Part shown: positions 54,581 through 55,058 of the stretch, piece by piece | How the letters are laid out: every line of letters begins with the position of its first letter | Numbering within the stretch: position 1 is the first letter of the stretch | Assembly (NCBI GenBank): GCA_041178665.1 | Contig: JBEGUW010000124.1 | Coordinates: 1 to 55,058 of the forward strand | Reading direction: 5' to 3' | From: Bacteroidota bacterium | GTDB lineage: Bacteria > Bacteroidota > Bacteroidia > NS11-12g > UBA955 | DNA length: 55,058 bases | Position numbers and translations under genes: made by a program | The notes under the pieces: generated by a model | What the model saw: the letters and a program-made list of their open reading frames with translations, nothing else | What the model was told of the DNA's origin: nothing | Database searches by the model: none

Positions 54581-55058
54581 GTGTTTAAAGGACTATCAAA
54601 CGAATTCAAAGTTGGGGTGCTCGCCATTGTGTCGATCTGCATTCTCCTATTAGGCTACAATTTCATGATGGGCAGAGATAATCTGTTTGATCGTGGTAGG
54701 AGTTTTAAAGTGTATTACGATAATACCCAAGGGTTATCGGTTGGAACAAAACTCATTTACAATGGTTTCAAGATTGGTATGGTTCGATCTCTTAAAATGG
54801 ATGAAAACCAGAAGATTGTTGCAATTGTTGAAGTGAGTTCGGATATGAAAATTCCGGAGGATTCTAAAATTAAGATTGAGGCACAATTGCTTGGTGGTGT
54901 GACTTTGAAATTATTGAAGGGTAATTCTAAAGATTTTGCGGAAGATGGCGATGTTTTAGAGCCTGACTATTCTAAGGACGTATTTGGTATGATCAACACC
55001 AAAGTCGTGAATGTTACCAATAGTGCTGATTCGTTGTTCGGTACTTTAAATGCTTTCC
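54581..55058 (+). CDS. MlaD/MCE-family protein; N-terminal part, runs off the right window edge
   Basis: Not in the track because it is edge-truncated. My translation from GTG 54581 gives (M)FKGLSNEFKVGVLAIVSICILLLGYNFM (TM anchor), followed by an MCE-domain pattern (FKVYYDNTQGLSVGTKLIYNGFKIGMVRSL...IKIEAQLLGGVTLKL). Confidence 0.75.
   Translation, partial: MFKGLSNEFKVGVLAIVSICILLLGYNFMMGRDNLFDRGRSFKVYYDNTQGLSVGTKLIYNGFKIGMVRSLKMDENQKIVAIVEVSSDMKIPEDSKIKIEAQLLGGVTLKLLKGNSKDFAEDGDVLEPDYSKDVFGMINTKVVNVTNSADSLFGTLNAF

Noticed and set aside
1-55058. Searched for tRNA/rRNA genes, CRISPR repeats, IS/transposase/integrase genes, toxin-antitoxin pairs and defence-system hallmarks (nucleases, methyltransferases, STAND or reverse-transcriptase genes)
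   Set aside because: None found. All ORFs over 150 aa are accounted for by the calls above. The largest non-coding gap is 223 bp and contains only promoter-like elements. The PIF1-like helicase is solitary and looks like the housekeeping Bacteroidota Pif1 type.

Overview
This 55-kb window is a densely coded chromosomal segment, roughly 97% coding by my calls, with 34 CDS. It is almost certainly from a Bacteroidota genome. Supporting markers are type-A and type-B T9SS C-terminal sorting domains, a PorP/SprF gene, a SusC/SusD pair, fused SecDF, a fused E1 alpha/beta dehydrogenase, the ftsX-DUF3098-uppP synteny, TAnnTTTG -7 boxes close to start codons, and no Shine-Dalgarno signals. Finer taxonomic placement would be speculation.

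Content is mostly housekeeping: purL, lysA, secDF, tsaD, tamB, lptD, uppP, ftsX, meaB, polX and a PIF1-like helicase. Interspersed are four large T9SS cargo/adhesin genes, one ECF sigma module and one small SusCD locus.

I see no rRNA, tRNA, CRISPR array, transposase, integrase, prophage or recognisable defence-system hallmark. There is no intergenic space large enough to hide one; the largest gap is 223 bp.

I do not see a clear-cut novel multi-gene system. The best candidates for something undescribed are:
1. A near-identical bipartite ECF-type promoter element occurs upstream of the ECF sigma gene (3593-3620) and again 46.7 kb away, upstream of a 1362-aa CUB/GEVED/Ig-repeat T9SS adhesin (50337-50364). 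This implies a sigma-to-secreted-adhesin regulon.
2. The sigma factor's partner protein combines an inner-membrane helix, a long Pro/Asn/Ser-rich linker and an OMP-like beta-barrel domain.
3. A DUF3127 protein has the full tripartite architecture of SSB, including a C-terminal EDDDLPF tip.
4. A PorP/SprF outer-membrane protein is fused to a C-terminal SPOR-like peptidoglycan-binding domain.
5. A SusCD locus has no enzyme or regulator genes.

All family assignments come from reading motifs in the translations by eye. No database search was run.
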